From Amoebidium appalachense (lineage: Eukaryota > Protista > Ichthyosporea), in the NCBI GenBank assembly GCA_963693365.1, contig CAVNZM010000012.1:4826409-4890408 (forward strand): DNA of 64,000 nucleotides, in the 5' to 3' direction. The position numbers and the translations under genes are program-made. A model generated the notes under the pieces. It did no database searches and was not told where the DNA came from. It saw only the letters and a program-made list of their open reading frames with translations. Positions 1 to 16,835 of this stretch are shown here, piece by piece; position 1 is the first letter of the stretch, and each line of letters begins with the position of its first letter.

Positions 1-197
1 GGGGGGAGGGGGGGAGGGGAGGGAGGAAGCGGGTTGACAGACTGGAGGAAAAACCACAATAAAAAAAAATGAAAAACGGAGAGGACAAACCAAAAACAAA
101 AGAAGGTGATGTTAGGGGATGGATGGGCGAGTGGGGAGCCGGGGAGTGAGGGGGGGGGGGGGGGGGGGGGAGGGTTCCGGAGGCAAAGAATAGTTTC

Positions 198-248
<51 letters not shown>

Positions 249-319
249 AAAATTTCAACCTCGTTTGAGATGATAGGTCAAAGAGACTACTCGATCATGG
301 TTAAAGAGGCTTGCCGTAC

Positions 320-1042
320 CTTCGCCCAAGACGCCCGATGACTCGACAACACCGTGGCTGGTGAGACCCTCCTTGCCGTTAACCTGACAGACAGCCTATC
401 ATATTTAGCAGACCACCCACATTTGGAAATAATGATTGACGATCTAACAAGGAAAAGCAGACGACCGGTGTGTGGTGGCTTCTTCCGAAGTGTCCACTCC
501 CCTCCCCCCCTCCCAACTAACCAAACAAACAAACAAACCGAAAAAAACAGTTTGTTTTTTTTGAATTGGCCACATCCCGTATCCCCATGTATTCATCCTT
601 TTTTCCCTTGCTCCTTGAAAAGGCTTTAGAAGCACACACACGCCATCATTGTGTCAATGCATGCTAAGCACAAGCAGGAAGTGAGAGGGCAAAAAGGTAT
701 GTAGAAGGGGGTAAAAGGAGGGCTTGCAGGTTGCGACTGGCCGCCCGGGGGGGGGGGGGGGGGGGGGGGGGGGAAGGGAAGAGAGTTGGGGTGGGGCGGG
801 GGTAGCTGCTGGCACGGAGAACCTTTCACATAAACAAACCTACATACCATGTGCATGGTGAGTGTCCGGTCAAAATCGGTAATAACCTGCAGGTTAGCGG
901 CGCCTCCCGCCTTAATCATCCGCAATTTCTCATACACCGCGGAAGGGCTGCGGGCGATAATCCCACCGTTTGCATTGGTAATGGCGGTGTTGTTAAGGGG
1001 GATGGGCGCCGCTTCGGCAACGGCGTTGAGAAGAGTTGTCAT
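320..1042 (-). CDS. NT5C3: Cytosolic pyrimidine 5'-nucleotidase III (HAD family), 5' part only; exons 848-1042 and 320-383, gene continues past the left edge
   Basis: Exon 1 reads MTTLLNAV...KLRMIKAGGAANLQVITDFDRTLTMHM (HAD motif I DFDxTL) followed by a GTATGT donor. Exon 2 (CAG acceptor, GT donor) reads VNGKEGLTSHGVVESSGVLGE, matching the segment after motif I in NT5C3. The start codon may lie further upstream. Confidence 0.88.
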
Positions 1043-1272
1043 GTGACCTGCGCACAGTGAGGCGAGAGACACGGCAAAGAGCGTGCTGTTACGTGTACGT
1101 GTGTGTGTGTGTGCACGCGCGCGTGCGCCGGCGAGGGTGTACGTGTAGGTGAGTGTGTATGTGTGTGTAGATGTTTGTGTTGTGTGTGTTGGACCCACAG
1201 GGGACGGATGTTTTGAAACTTGATTAGCTGCTGTTGCCGCAAAAGTTCAACATACTGAATATCGTCAAACAG

Positions 1273-1312
<40 letters not shown>

Positions 1313-2635
1313 CACACACACACACACAACCCAAAAAAGAGAAGATATCAAATTCTTCCCCGTTCCCTCCCAGTGCTTAAAAGCAGCTGCATGCTCACTT
1401 CTCTGAACTTGCCTATCATTTCATCGGCTCATGTGCAAAAAACAGCTACGAAAACAGCGACGTTGCATTGAGCAACAACTCCTATTGTCAAAAGTCCATT
1501 TTTAGCAGTGATGCTTACAGGCGGAGAAGCAATGAGCACCTTGAGATGGAAGACAAGGCGAGGTCGACCTGGGCAGCCATTTTTGCTGTTGGTTTCTGTA
1601 AATCTCGTGTTTTCCCACTTGCAGACAATGCAATGGCGATTGTGTTCAGGAATCTGTGGAGGAGAATTAGTGGTCAGAATGCATCCCTCCTCAAGAGCAT
1701 CATCATCTGAACGGGCGAGGCATGCAAAAGACGAAGCAACAGTACTTGTTTAGAAAGATTATCGGAAAGTGGGAAAGCAGAGCTTCTTCTGGTTTTTGAA
1801 GCTGCACTACACTTCCAGAAAAACCATGAAACCAACGCTGGCCATCATCCTCGGTCTGACATCACCCAGCATGAAACGGGCATGCATGCCGGTCAGAGAG
1901 CACATCATCCTCTCCGAAAGACGAAAGACTCACCTGTTGAGAAATGTTTACCGTATTTCTTCTCCAACCTCCTCTTATATGTAGAAGTTGTTCGTGTTCG
2001 TTTAGCGTAAAACACAAGAAGAGAAAGAGAGATGAAAAGCGGGAAGGGGACTTATGCCAGTCGTCAGGGTTTTTATACCCAAGCAAATTGAGCCACGCAT
2101 TCCTGGTTTGCTTTTTTGAGTCAATGTGTCAGGCCCATACCGTGATATGATTGGCTACTAAAGCTTTTTTGCCAATCATATCAAAGCCCATGCATGCAGT
2201 ATTAACCAATCGTTGAAGCTCATTTTTGGGGCATTAGTTTTTTCCCTGCTGATTGGTTCAATCTGTCGGCTACGAGATAAAAGCCGGATGCTGGATAATC
2301 CAATCAGCATTTCCCTCATAAACACGCTCTGAAACTGCTGCTGAAATCTTGATCTACGATTTTGTGGGCTAGACACTTGTCAGCTAATAGCTTGACATAA
2401 AGCAATTACGATATTTACAAGAGCTATACCATGCTATTGTAGTATTCTATTGATATTGGTGGACAGTGTTGCTGTTGTGACAGGTATGCGCAGGACGTCA
2501 CAGCAAGGTATCACCATAGATGATTGGCGCAAACTCAGCACATGAAAGTGGCACAAAGATTTTGGCGCTCAATTTAGATCATCACCATTCACCAATCGAT
2601 TCGAATTTCAGAAAGAAACTGGTTCGATTCGTGTG

Positions 2636-3142
2636 AAAAGCCATCTGAGATTGCCAGATTGCCAGAATGCCAGAATTTTGATGGCATTCCAGAAAGGCTA
2701 GATTTCGGTCCGGTTCTTGTAGAGCTAAAATCTAGCTTTTTGGGTCAAGAAGGCACTTGTCATTTTGCGCGGTAATAGAATATCTTGGCTTATCTTAATG
2801 AACAATAATAGTTTTGAAATATTATTTAAATAATTTTTATTTTGTTAAATGGGCATTTATTACCAAGTTTTATGCATTTTTGAAAAACTATACTAATAAG
2901 GCAAAACGCCTAGGATTGGATACGAACTTTATATGGTGCTGGCGCGGCCAATCGTAAGGCGCAGTGTCAATCTGGCAATCTGGAAGGGGGGGGGGTCGCC
3001 AGATTCTGGAATCTGGAAGAGGGGTCAAATTGAATCTGGCCTTAAAATATTGTTTAAATTTTACGTTCCGATTCGATTGATCGACGAATAACCATTTTTG
3101 GCGAGGCGGTTTTTAATCTGGCAATCTGGCAATCTGGCTTTT
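2636..3142. mobile_element. MITE-like non-coding element with inverted GATTGCCA repeat arrays
   Basis: The left end aaaagcc..agattgccagattgccaga mirrors the right end tctggcaatctggcaatctggctttt. The interior is AT-rich and non-coding. No clear TSD. Confidence 0.5.
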
Positions 3143-4090
3143 GACATGTGCTGTTCAACTCACTGCTTGCAATAGAGATCAGCGCGGTTTGCGCAAACAC
3201 GATTTCTGCCGCCAAGCATATGCAATTTCGTGGTTTCGACGGCGGCAGAAAAACATAATACTTAGAGTTGGTGGTGCGGCTGTGTGAAAAGTGGACACTT
3301 AGTATTTAACAACAAATAAACACGTACACGCGTCCTATGTTATGTGTTTTACACCTCCTATGCTTTTTGTACGCATCTGTATAGTAATCGTGGTAGATAG
3401 TTTTCAAGATGCCTGCCTGTATAGCTGAGTGGTGTGGAAACCCCAAGGAAAAAGATCCACACGTTCCATGGTTTCATAGGCTCATCTAGAAATGAAGAGA
3501 CAATATTGCAATTGAAGAGTGTAAACTAACTTGAGCGTTTGGCTGCGTTTGGGTAGACTTAAAAGTACATAGACGAAGAAAGGCACGCTCTGGATTACCT
3601 CAGAGATCCACGCTCACATCCTGCCCCACCTCCACGGGCACCCACTCCAAAAAAGTAAGAAGAAAGGAACACAACTCTAAAAAACGCGACAGTAACGCAG
3701 GGCGCAAGAATTCATCACTATGGCGCCTTAGGAAACTTTCCTTATGCTCAACCACTTTCATCTAGAACACATCGGAAAGATGGCAAGCTTTAGCAGATCG
3801 TCTGCCCTTGGAACGTGCCAAAGAGCCCGTTCTTGCACACCCTTCGCGGGTTCGCCTGTGTAATAAAAATTAAGGCGGACGCTCATACGGAAATACGAGA
3901 ATAGCTTAGTGAGCGGGGTGATCGCGAGATGATGAGGAAGGGGTTAAAGAGAGAGACCTACTGGTGAAAAAGCGACGCAACATGCAAGTTGCTAACGAGC
4001 TGCCTAGCGGTGATGCGGAAGATGAGTCTTTGAAAGCCGAAAACAAAAGAACAAGACGTTGGAAGGGGGAGGGGGGTGGGGGAAGGCAAG

Positions 4091-4154
<64 letters not shown>

Positions 4155-4332
4155 AGGGTGGGAGATAGAGAGAGAGAGAGAGAGAGGGGGGGGGGGGGGG
4201 GGAGAGAGAGAGAGAGAGAGAGAAAGGGAGAGAGTGAAAGAGAGCTTGGGGGGAGAGGGGTGGGGTGGGGGGGGGGGGGGGGGGGGCACAGATTGTCCTC
4301 CTGGCATTTCATTATTTCATGATTTTAGAACT

Positions 4333-4412
<80 letters not shown>

Positions 4413-4565
4413 GAGGGAGAGGGAGAGGGAGAGGGAGAGAGTCTGTGTGTGTGTGTGTGTGTGTGTGCGTGTGTGTGTGTGGTGTGTGTGTTTGTGTGTG
4501 TGTGTGTGTGCGTGTGTGTAAACTAATCGAACATGAAAGGAGTGAGCCTGGGGGAAATGGGTGGG

Positions 4566-4609
<44 letters not shown>

Positions 4610-4658
4610 TTTTCGAGGGAGGGAGGACGAGAGAACATGTAGGAAGGGGGGGGAGGGG

Positions 4659-4964
4659 TGTAACTTAGAGGTTTCTCTGTGAGACTTTATTATTTGCTGA
4701 CTTACATTGACTGGCCTGCCGGGACCTTTATATACTTGTGGTCTGGCTAACTGGAATGTTACATACTATTCCCGATTGGTCTACCCGCCGCTATGGATCT
4801 AGTCGCTACCAATCAAAACACCCCAATAGAATCTTCTAGACTCTTCTAGATCTATCCTGATCTATCGTGAACCTATCCACCAGTTTATCCCGAATATCTC
4901 GAATATTCCCGATCACTAGTGCTACGCTAACGCAGGGCATACCGGATGGCTATCCTGTTCGACA
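4659..4964 (-). repeat. Copia 3' LTR (306 bp)
   Basis: On the minus strand it starts TGTCGAAC directly after the polypurine tract (4965-4973) and ends TTACA. Confidence 0.92.
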
Positions 4965-5097
4965 CCCCCACTTGCACTGTGTTCTATCTATCTACCGCAT
5001 GCAACCTAAACCTAAGATGCAACTCTAAAACTATGCTACTATACTAACACATATAACACCTACTACACGAACATTAACACTACACTAATTGTAGTTC

Positions 5098-5265
5098 TTA
5101 CTCAGCCATGCCGATGGCCTGCCGATGCTGCACTAACTTAAGTCTCCCTAAAGCTTTGGTGCACATGTCGGCCACGTTACTGTTCGTGCTGCAATACACA
5201 AGTTCTACATCCCCATTCTCCACACACTCACGGGTGTAGTGGTACTGAACGTCGATGTGTTTGAT
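5098..5265 (-). pseudogene. C-terminal remnant of Copia RNase H
   Basis: An alternative frame reads KHIDVQYHYTRECVENGDVELVYCSTNSNVADMCTKALGRLKLVQHRQAIGMAE*, the canonical Copia RNase H end. Confidence 0.9.
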
Positions 5266-7874
5266 GCTGGCCTGGAGATTGCTTCTTCCAGTGTCACAGG
5301 GTCATCCTCATTGCTATCAGCACTCTCAATTGCCATGCTGATACTGTCGCGGTACTCTACTACACCTGCGTTGATGCCGTAGGTCCCACCGCGCCTTGTA
5401 GTCATAGACGGATAGGCACTTCTGGTTGCAACCTGCAACTCTGCACTATCTTCCTCGTCTCCTGACCCTGCCGCGTCCGAATCGCCGCTGTCCTCGCCCG
5501 CGCCGTCGCCGATAGCATCTGAATCATATCCACTGTCAGTGCCGATTGCAGGCTTCCGAAAGGAATGTTGCTTCTTGACGCTGATTGGATTCCTCGATTC
5601 CAAGCTCTGCTGATTTTCGATTGGCTTATGCATCAGCAATTCCATTGGCTCATCTTGCACCACCGGAATACCGGCCTTTGGGGTGCATGATTCATCGATC
5701 ACCACATCTCGCCCGACGATAGTCTTGCGCGCCTCGGTGTCCCACAACAAGTACGTCTTGCTGTCACCTGTGTAGCCGACGAATTTACACTCCCGACTCT
5801 TGGCGTCTAGCTTCCTGCGCTCGTCCTTCGGCACATGGACAAATGCCTTGCTACCAAATACACGTAGATGGCTAACATCGGGCTTCTCTCCATACCATGC
5901 CTCCCAAGGTGTCATGCCACCCAGTACTGTGGTTGGCGTCAGGTTCTTGATGTACACAGCTGCCTGTACTGCTAGCTGCCAGAACCCCATACTCATGCCT
6001 GCTGACTGCAGCATGCAGCGCGCCGTCTCGACAATGGTCCTGTTAGCCCTCTCTGCTACACCATTCTGCTCTGGTGTGTAAGGGACTGTCGCCTCATGTT
6101 CAATGCCGCACGCTTCCAGGAACGACTTGAACTCAGTGGAGGTGTACTCACCCCCGTTGTCGGAACGCAGAATCTTGATGCTGGCACCGTGTTGCTTCTC
6201 TACGTGTGCCTTGTACTTCTTGAAGTAAGTATGCACTTGGGATTTATGTTTCATGAAGTACACCGTAGTGAACCTTGTCTTGTCGTCGATGAAGGTGACA
6301 TAATACTTGGAACCTTGCAGCGACTCCTTGTTGAACGGTCCTGCCACATCAGAATGAACTCTGTCGAGCTTCGCTGGCGCTGTCTTGCGGGGTAGCTTAC
6401 TGAAAGAGAGCCGGGCTTGCTTCCCTCTCGCGCATCCCTCGCACACACCGTCATCCTGGGTTTTGCAGTCGATGCACAGACCCTCGACGATGTTTTCTTT
6501 AACCATCTTCTGTAGCGTGTTTATTGCCACATGACCAAACCGCCGGTGCCATAAACTGGCGCTGCCCTTTACCGGCTCACACACGGTGTTACCCCCACTG
6601 CTGCCGACTGCAGTGGTCACCATGTTCACGCTCTCACATACGGGTTTCACTAGGAGACGATACAGGCCTCCCTCCACTACCCCACGGGCCACAACTTGGC
6701 CATCTGTGGCACTCTCAATCGTACACTGTCGACCGTCGGTGATGCCTCTTAACCCGTGCTTGCCGGCGCTTGAAGCCGACATCACGTTAGTTCCAAATGC
6801 TGGCACGTACAGCACATTCTGCAGTCTAAATGTCATGCTGTTGCCCTGGAACTCACTTGTTAATCTTACGACGCCTATTCCTAGCGCCATCACACCCGGG
6901 GTGTTACCCAGAGCGACGGGTTTGGGTGTGATCGACCGGAAGTCTTCCATCCAGTCCTTTCGGCATGTGACATGGGAGGTTGCGCCGCAGTCCCAATACC
7001 ACTCAGTTGAAGAAGGGAGTCCGCTGTTTACCGCCATGGCGAGTATCTCCTTGGAAGCTCCGTTCTGCTTCGCCTTGTCGCCGCGATTGCCGCCCTTCTT
7101 CTTCTTTGGACACTGTGACTTGTAGTGCCCAAACTTGTGACATTTGTAACACTCCACCTTGGATATGTCAGTCACGCGCGGCTTGCCGGTGTCCTGTCGT
7201 GGCGTACCGCCGCGCCATTGGGTGCTGGTCATCATCACCCGCTGCTGTTCCCTTGCAGCCTCGTTCTCCTCAAAACCACGCAGCTTGGCGATTATCTTTT
7301 CCATTGTCTTCTCAGCTGCTGGTAAAGCTTGAATGGTCCTAACGTCGGTGCGGAATCGGTCGTCAGCGCCTACACCGTCCAGGAATTTCTCGGCAACCAT
7401 GTCCTCACTAACTCCATTGGGATCGATATGAAGAAGATCCTGCACAATGCACTCCAGGCGGGCCGCATACTCCAGCACGCTTTCCGTCGGCATCATATCA
7501 GCACGCCAGAACTGTTGAATCAACATTCTCTTGTGCTCATCTGTGTTGCGCGCAGCGTATGATGCTACCGTATCCCATATGTCCTTGGGATTTCCTACGG
7601 CAATAGCTCGCCGACACAGGCTTGCAGGTACATCACCTAGTGTCTCCACCAGGTAGGAAGTCGCCTTCTTCTGATCCAAGGGGTCGATCTCCACCGGAGG
7701 TTGCTCCACCGGTTCGCCGTCCTCTCCTATCACTTCAGGAGCCACGTCTTCAATCGTGTACCATAATTCCTCGCCCTCGAGGAAGCACTTCATGCGCATG
7801 GCCCACATTGAGTAGGAGATTTTGCCCTTGCCTTCTCCTTCATACATGGGAACTGGACATTTTGCTCTTCCCAT
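5205..7874 (-). CDS. Copia Gag-protease-integrase polyprotein (889 aa, no RT)
   Basis: CYKCHKFGHYKSQC zinc knuckle, WYWDCGATSH protease site, WHRRFGH...CEGC GAG-pre-integrase, and integrase motifs HSDV, RSDNGGEY and PEQNGVAER. The ORF runs out of frame after DPVTLEEAISRP. Confidence 0.95.
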   Translation of the reverse strand: MGRAKCPVPMYEGEGKGKISYSMWAMRMKCFLEGEELWYTIEDVAPEVIGEDGEPVEQPPVEIDPLDQKKATSYLVETLGDVPASLCRRAIAVGNPKDIWDTVASYAARNTDEHKRMLIQQFWRADMMPTESVLEYAARLECIVQDLLHIDPNGVSEDMVAEKFLDGVGADDRFRTDVRTIQALPAAEKTMEKIIAKLRGFEENEAAREQQRVMMTSTQWRGGTPRQDTGKPRVTDISKVECYKCHKFGHYKSQCPKKKKGGNRGDKAKQNGASKEILAMAVNSGLPSSTEWYWDCGATSHVTCRKDWMEDFRSITPKPVALGNTPGVMALGIGVVRLTSEFQGNSMTFRLQNVLYVPAFGTNVMSASSAGKHGLRGITDGRQCTIESATDGQVVARGVVEGGLYRLLVKPVCESVNMVTTAVGSSGGNTVCEPVKGSASLWHRRFGHVAINTLQKMVKENIVEGLCIDCKTQDDGVCEGCARGKQARLSFSKLPRKTAPAKLDRVHSDVAGPFNKESLQGSKYYVTFIDDKTRFTTVYFMKHKSQVHTYFKKYKAHVEKQHGASIKILRSDNGGEYTSTEFKSFLEACGIEHEATVPYTPEQNGVAERANRTIVETARCMLQSAGMSMGFWQLAVQAAVYIKNLTPTTVLGGMTPWEAWYGEKPDVSHLRVFGSKAFVHVPKDERRKLDAKSRECKFVGYTGDSKTYLLWDTEARKTIVGRDVVIDESCTPKAGIPVVQDEPMELLMHKPIENQQSLESRNPISVKKQHSFRKPAIGTDSGYDSDAIGDGAGEDSGDSDAAGSGDEEDSAELQVATRSAYPSMTTRRGGTYGINAGVVEYRDSISMAIESADSNEDDPVTLEEAISRPASNTSTFSTTTPVSVWRMGM

Positions 7875-7908
7875 CTTGTCTCAACAGTCGCTTGATCGTA
7901 GCGTTGCA

Positions 7909-7922
7909 CTGGGCCCATAACC
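7909..7922 (-). other. Copia primer-binding site
   Basis: GGTTATGGGCCCAG lies immediately inside the 5' LTR. This is the classic copia-type PBS (initiator Met tRNA fragment). Confidence 0.88.
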
Positions 7923-8076
7923 GTAACTTAGAGGTTTCTCTGTGAGACTTTATTATTTGCTGACTTACATTGACTGGCCTGCCGGGACCTTTATATACTT
8001 GTGGTCTGGCTAACTGGAATGTTACATACTATTCCCGATTGGTCTACCCGCCGCTATGGATCTAGTCGCTACCAAT
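7923..8076 (-). repeat. Truncated Copia 5' LTR
   Basis: Matches 4660-4813 by eye and stops abruptly after gctaccaat. Confidence 0.9.
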
Positions 8077-8263
8077 AATGCTGAGGAAGGTCGAGAACGA
8101 ACAGGAAGGGAAGGCATGGGTGTGTGAAGGCGAGAGAGGGGGGGGGGAGGAAGGGGGGGGGGGGATGTGAGCGTGGCGAAAGGGTAAGGAGGTGGGGGGG
8201 GGGGGGGGGGGGGGCTCGGGGGAGGGTCAGAGAGTAAGGAGGGGGGAGGTCTTGGTGTCACGT

Positions 8264-8294
<31 letters not shown>

Positions 8295-9099
8295 GGGGGG
8301 AGGGGGGGCTGACGGAGGGACGAAGAGTACGGAGAGGGAATGTGCGTGTGTGTGTGTGTGTGGGGGGGGGGGGGGGGAGGGGGGGGGGGGGGGGGGTATA
8401 GGGGTTGCTGAGGGCCGAGGCGGCAGAAAGGGTACCGAGACAGGGAAGGGTAGGGGAGGGGAGGAGGAGGGAAGAGTTTGTACGTGTGTGTGTGGGGAGG
8501 GAGGGGGGGGAGGGGGGGGGGGGGGGGGGGGGGGTAAGGGGAAGGGAGAAAAGCCCGGGAAAGGAAGGAGACCTCTTCTGTATCATATGTTGGCGCTGAT
8601 TTAAAATGATGCCACAGTTGCCAAAACATTCATTTATAGACTATTATTGTTTAGGTAACACACCATTCATTCTACATTTCGTTATTAGTGACAGTCGATA
8701 ATAATCCACTAAGTAGTAACTTCCCAACCGTAATACAACCCTACAACTCAGGTCGAAGATGGCCCCTGAGGCTCCTGTTTTGAGATCCCTTAGAATCGCC
8801 CCATATTTCGTTTTGAGCTCAGCTCCCGCGTCCGTACTCAAGTATGCTTGGAGAGCTTTGTGATCAGTTCAATCGTTTTTCCACCGGCCTAAAGTTGTGT
8901 GCGCAAGCTCTCTCTTTCTCTATTTAGCCTCAATAAAGGCAGCTTTGGGTTATTGCCCCCCCCCTCATCTCTCTCACCCACTCCCCCCACCCCCTTTCTC
9001 ACCTTCCTCCTGTATATGTACAGCTTGTGTGGTCCTCAGCCTTAGCAACACTTTGCCACAGGCACTGAGTGGAACTTTTTCATGGGCACCCCACCAACT

Positions 9100-10552
9100 C
9101 GCAGCCAAACACATGAATCTTTCATATGGTTTTGCTCGTACTAGAGGTCTCTTGCAGGGTTCATCGCTTAGCCCCTTTTTGTTTAACCTATTTATAGATG
9201 ATTTGGCTGTCAAAATTTATGCCGAAAACGATGACCCTGTTAATAACTTTCCGCCTGCACTTCTCTATGCTGATGATCTGTCCCTCCTTGCCCGTACCCC
9301 TAGACGCCTGCAAAGATTGTTCGATGTAGTGTCAGAGTGGTGCAAGGCAAACCTTATGATCCTTAACTAGTAGACAAATGTGGTGTTCTTGTACCTGATA
9401 TAGCTAACAATTTACACACATTTACATTATCATCTAAACCTGTACCTATAGTTCCAGAATACAAATATCTTGGTGTTATGGTTAATTCTGTTGGTGTTAT
9501 GTTTTCCCATATGGTCGAAAAGAGGGTAGAGTTGGCTCATAAGCGGTTAGCTTTCTTCTCGGCTAATATTTTTAAAGACACACCCCTCCATCCTTCTATT
9601 AGACTTACATTTATTCGCACTTTTGTCTTCCCGGCATGTGAATATGGTTTGCCCCTTCTCGCCGCTTGAATCAAGAAAGAGAGAACTAGAGCGCTTAAAC
9701 CCTTGGCAAATTTCCTTGAAGCAGAAGTTGCCTCCTTTCTATCTAACAACTGTTGTAAACCTGGGCCTGTAACGCTCTCGATATATGGTCTGGTCCCAAT
9801 AGCTGCTAGAGTATCCTACCTCGCGCTGGATTTCAATAAGCACATAAGCCGCTTAAAGAAGTATATGCCCTCCCACCCTCTCTTCTCTATCCGACCTGTC
9901 CCCTCCTCACCTCTCCCCTTTTTTCTTCCCTCTCTCTCCCCTTCTCCCCTCAGGCTGGGCACAAATACAAATAAACCCCGCAAAAGTGTGTGTGTGACTT
10001 TGGACTGCATTAAACATGTCACCACAATCACAAGATAATCACGCAATATAACAAATGGAAAAAGATACCACACGACACTGGACCCGATGAAAGCATACAC
10101 CTTGAAAAACTAAGCCTTATGTCTCGTTTTATATATACTGACCGCTTCAACCATATTGCCAAATATGGCACCCGCAAATGTATAACACCTAAATACATAT
10201 TACCTTCCTGTAGAACTGGTCTTTCTCTAGCTGATGGTATTATTGATCAATTACCACGCTTTTACTGTACACGTGCTATACAGTGGAGATCTAATAAGTA
10301 TAAGGTGGCATCATTTGCATGCCCAAACAACACACACACACACCAGTTTAACCGGTCATGTATCGCCAAATGTAGTTTGATAGACCACATAATACCGCAA
10401 CACACACACGTCACAATCACAACAGACACCCAGAAAGATAGCCTACCTGTAAATTACAACATCCTTGATTTTATACTAAACACGCGTAACTACGACCTGT
10501 TTATTAGATGTATCGATTGGCTTGAGAAACACATCACTACAAAATTCTAGCG

Positions 10553-10611
<59 letters not shown>

Positions 10612-10646
10612 AACCAGCTGATACCGAGTGTCCCAGGGGAGCCCCT

Positions 10647-10696
<50 letters not shown>
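9100..10696 (+). mobile_element. 5'-truncated, frameshifted non-LTR (LINE) retrotransposon with poly(A) tail
   Basis: RT motifs RGLLQGSSLSPFLFNLFIDDL, LLYADDL, DKC and YKYLGV. C-terminal Cys/His region (10119-10550), (CA)n 3' UTR and poly(A) at 10651-10696. Stops and frameshifts are present. Confidence 0.92.
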
Positions 10697-10698
<2 letters not shown>

Positions 10699-11157
10699 GG
10701 GGAACCCCAACTAATTGATTTCTCTTTGTAGTCTTTATGGTGTCTCGTAGAGAAAGTAAACCCTGATATATATAGTCATCACCCGACATCTATGTACGTG
10801 ATAATGATATACCGCTGAGGGGATATTCCGAGCAAAACCCCCCCATACCTGAGACTGGTTTCTCTTTGCCTCGAGTAAACAGCGTAAATTCCCACAAACA
10901 AATCAGGTTGCACAGTCAGCGGGTGGCCCTGGGTACACGCGCGATCAAGGAGGGTTGTGCCGGCACTGCAGCTGTGTTGGCGCACTCAACCTCTTTCCAA
11001 TCACAACACCCATTATCGAGTAATCTTGTGCCACATTCGAAAGCGTACACTGTGCCACGCTTCCAGCGCTGCGCAGTCACTTGTGGCGAAGTCGGGCTCA
11101 GTGGTTTATTAGACGTGTGTGTGTGTGCTTGGCGTGTGCGTGCGTGTTCTCGCCACT

Positions 11158-15432
<4,275 letters not shown>

Positions 15433-15735
15433 GCAATAGGTGGTGTGGTTGAAAAATGGGTGGAAAGTGATGCATGGGATGTTGGGCTTGACTGGTTAGG
15501 TGAAATTTTTTATTTTGTCTTTATTTATGATTTTTGTTAATGTTTATTTTTTATTTTTTTATTTTTTATTTTGGTTGGGGGCGACGAGGGGGGGGGAGGG
15601 GGGGGGGGGGATGCTTCGATTGGGTTTGGGGGGATTGTGTCGTTTGAGTACACATAACGTTGTTTGTGGCATATGTGGGGTTTGTGTAGTTGTCACCGAC
15701 TTGTTTGGAGACCGGGCAGGCATGTGCACACACGC

Positions 15736-15781
<46 letters not shown>

Positions 15782-15991
15782 CACTGCACACGGCACACAC
15801 GTTACAAGAACACCTCAGATACATAGTTCATGTGGTACGCGAATCTACCTACACTCGATGTGTTTGTAATTCCCACACCAACATGGACACTCGAAAGGGA
15901 ATCCTGGCGGGGTTTACACACTTTTTTAATCCAGGACCTGGCGGTTTTCCTTGTCTATGTTTTATCAACTGTATCTTCAGTGACTCGTTCC

Positions 15992-16037
<46 letters not shown>

Positions 16038-16495
16038 TCAAGTGTCTTCTGCCTGCACTCTTTTTGTTTTTTCATTCCCTTTCATGTTTCAATCTATTTT
16101 TGTTGAAGTTTTCTATCTTTTCCTTTCGAATTGGTGTCTCCTCCATCTTGGTATCTCCAAGGCCCACTTAACCCCCCCCCCCCCCCCCCTAAAAGGGGGG
16201 GGGGGGGGGGGCACATCTAGTGGCCATTTCGATTGGATAATCGAACCCACTCCCGTTGCATGATGTTTGTCACGTCAGGGAACTCAAGAACCATAGCAAA
16301 ATTTTGAGATGCATCATGGACAATCAAAGACCTACACTATAGTGTGGATAGTTAAAGCAATCTCGATCCCTACCGGTGTTGTGTAGGTAATAGACCAATA
16401 TCAGACGGTGTATCGCAACTCTTTGTCTGGTAGTCGGGGTACCGGTGGGGGCGGATGTGGGTTGATATGGTTGTGTGTGTGTGTGTGTGTGCGTC

Positions 16496-16527
<32 letters not shown>

Positions 16528-16536
16528 TGTGTGCGT

Positions 16537-16594
<58 letters not shown>

Positions 16595-16703
16595 TTTTAT
16601 TTTTATTTATTTTATTTTTATTTTATTTATTTTTTTTGGGGGGGGGGGGGGGAAGGGGAGAGGGATTGTCTGTCTGAAGGGCCGGCCCGGGTACCATATC
16701 AGG

Positions 16704-16835
16704 AGCACTGGCAGGCAATTTTTGAATTCTCCCGGGGAAAATTTGAGGTTTTTGGACCTCAAAGAAGTCAAATCCTGCAAAATCCACTACCGGGAGGCCA
16801 AAAAGGGTGATTTCACAAAAAGCCATGCCAGTGCT
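16704..16835. mobile_element. Small MITE-like element (132 bp)
   Basis: Perfect 10-bp terminal inverted repeat AGCACTGGCA/TGCCAGTGCT that extends imperfectly to about 25 bp. No TSD seen. Confidence 0.4.

Larger units (their letters stand above)
4659..8076 (-). mobile_element. Ty1/Copia LTR retrotransposon, non-autonomous (RT deleted, 5' LTR truncated)
   Basis: Direct repeats at 4659-4813 and 7923-8076, PBS GGTTATGGGCCCAG, PPT AAGTGGGGG, and a gag-PR-IN ORF in Copia domain order. Confidence 0.96.

Noticed and set aside
5800-7562. Plus-strand ORFs over the Copia, and likewise over the Ngaro elements
   Set aside because: They are antisense shadows of GC-rich coding sequence with no recognisable motifs.
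10632-10708. Target-site duplication around the LINE poly(A) (ccaggggagcccc versus ccggggaacccc)
   Set aside because: The match is imperfect and flanks only the tail. No matching copy was found at the 5' end of the element.
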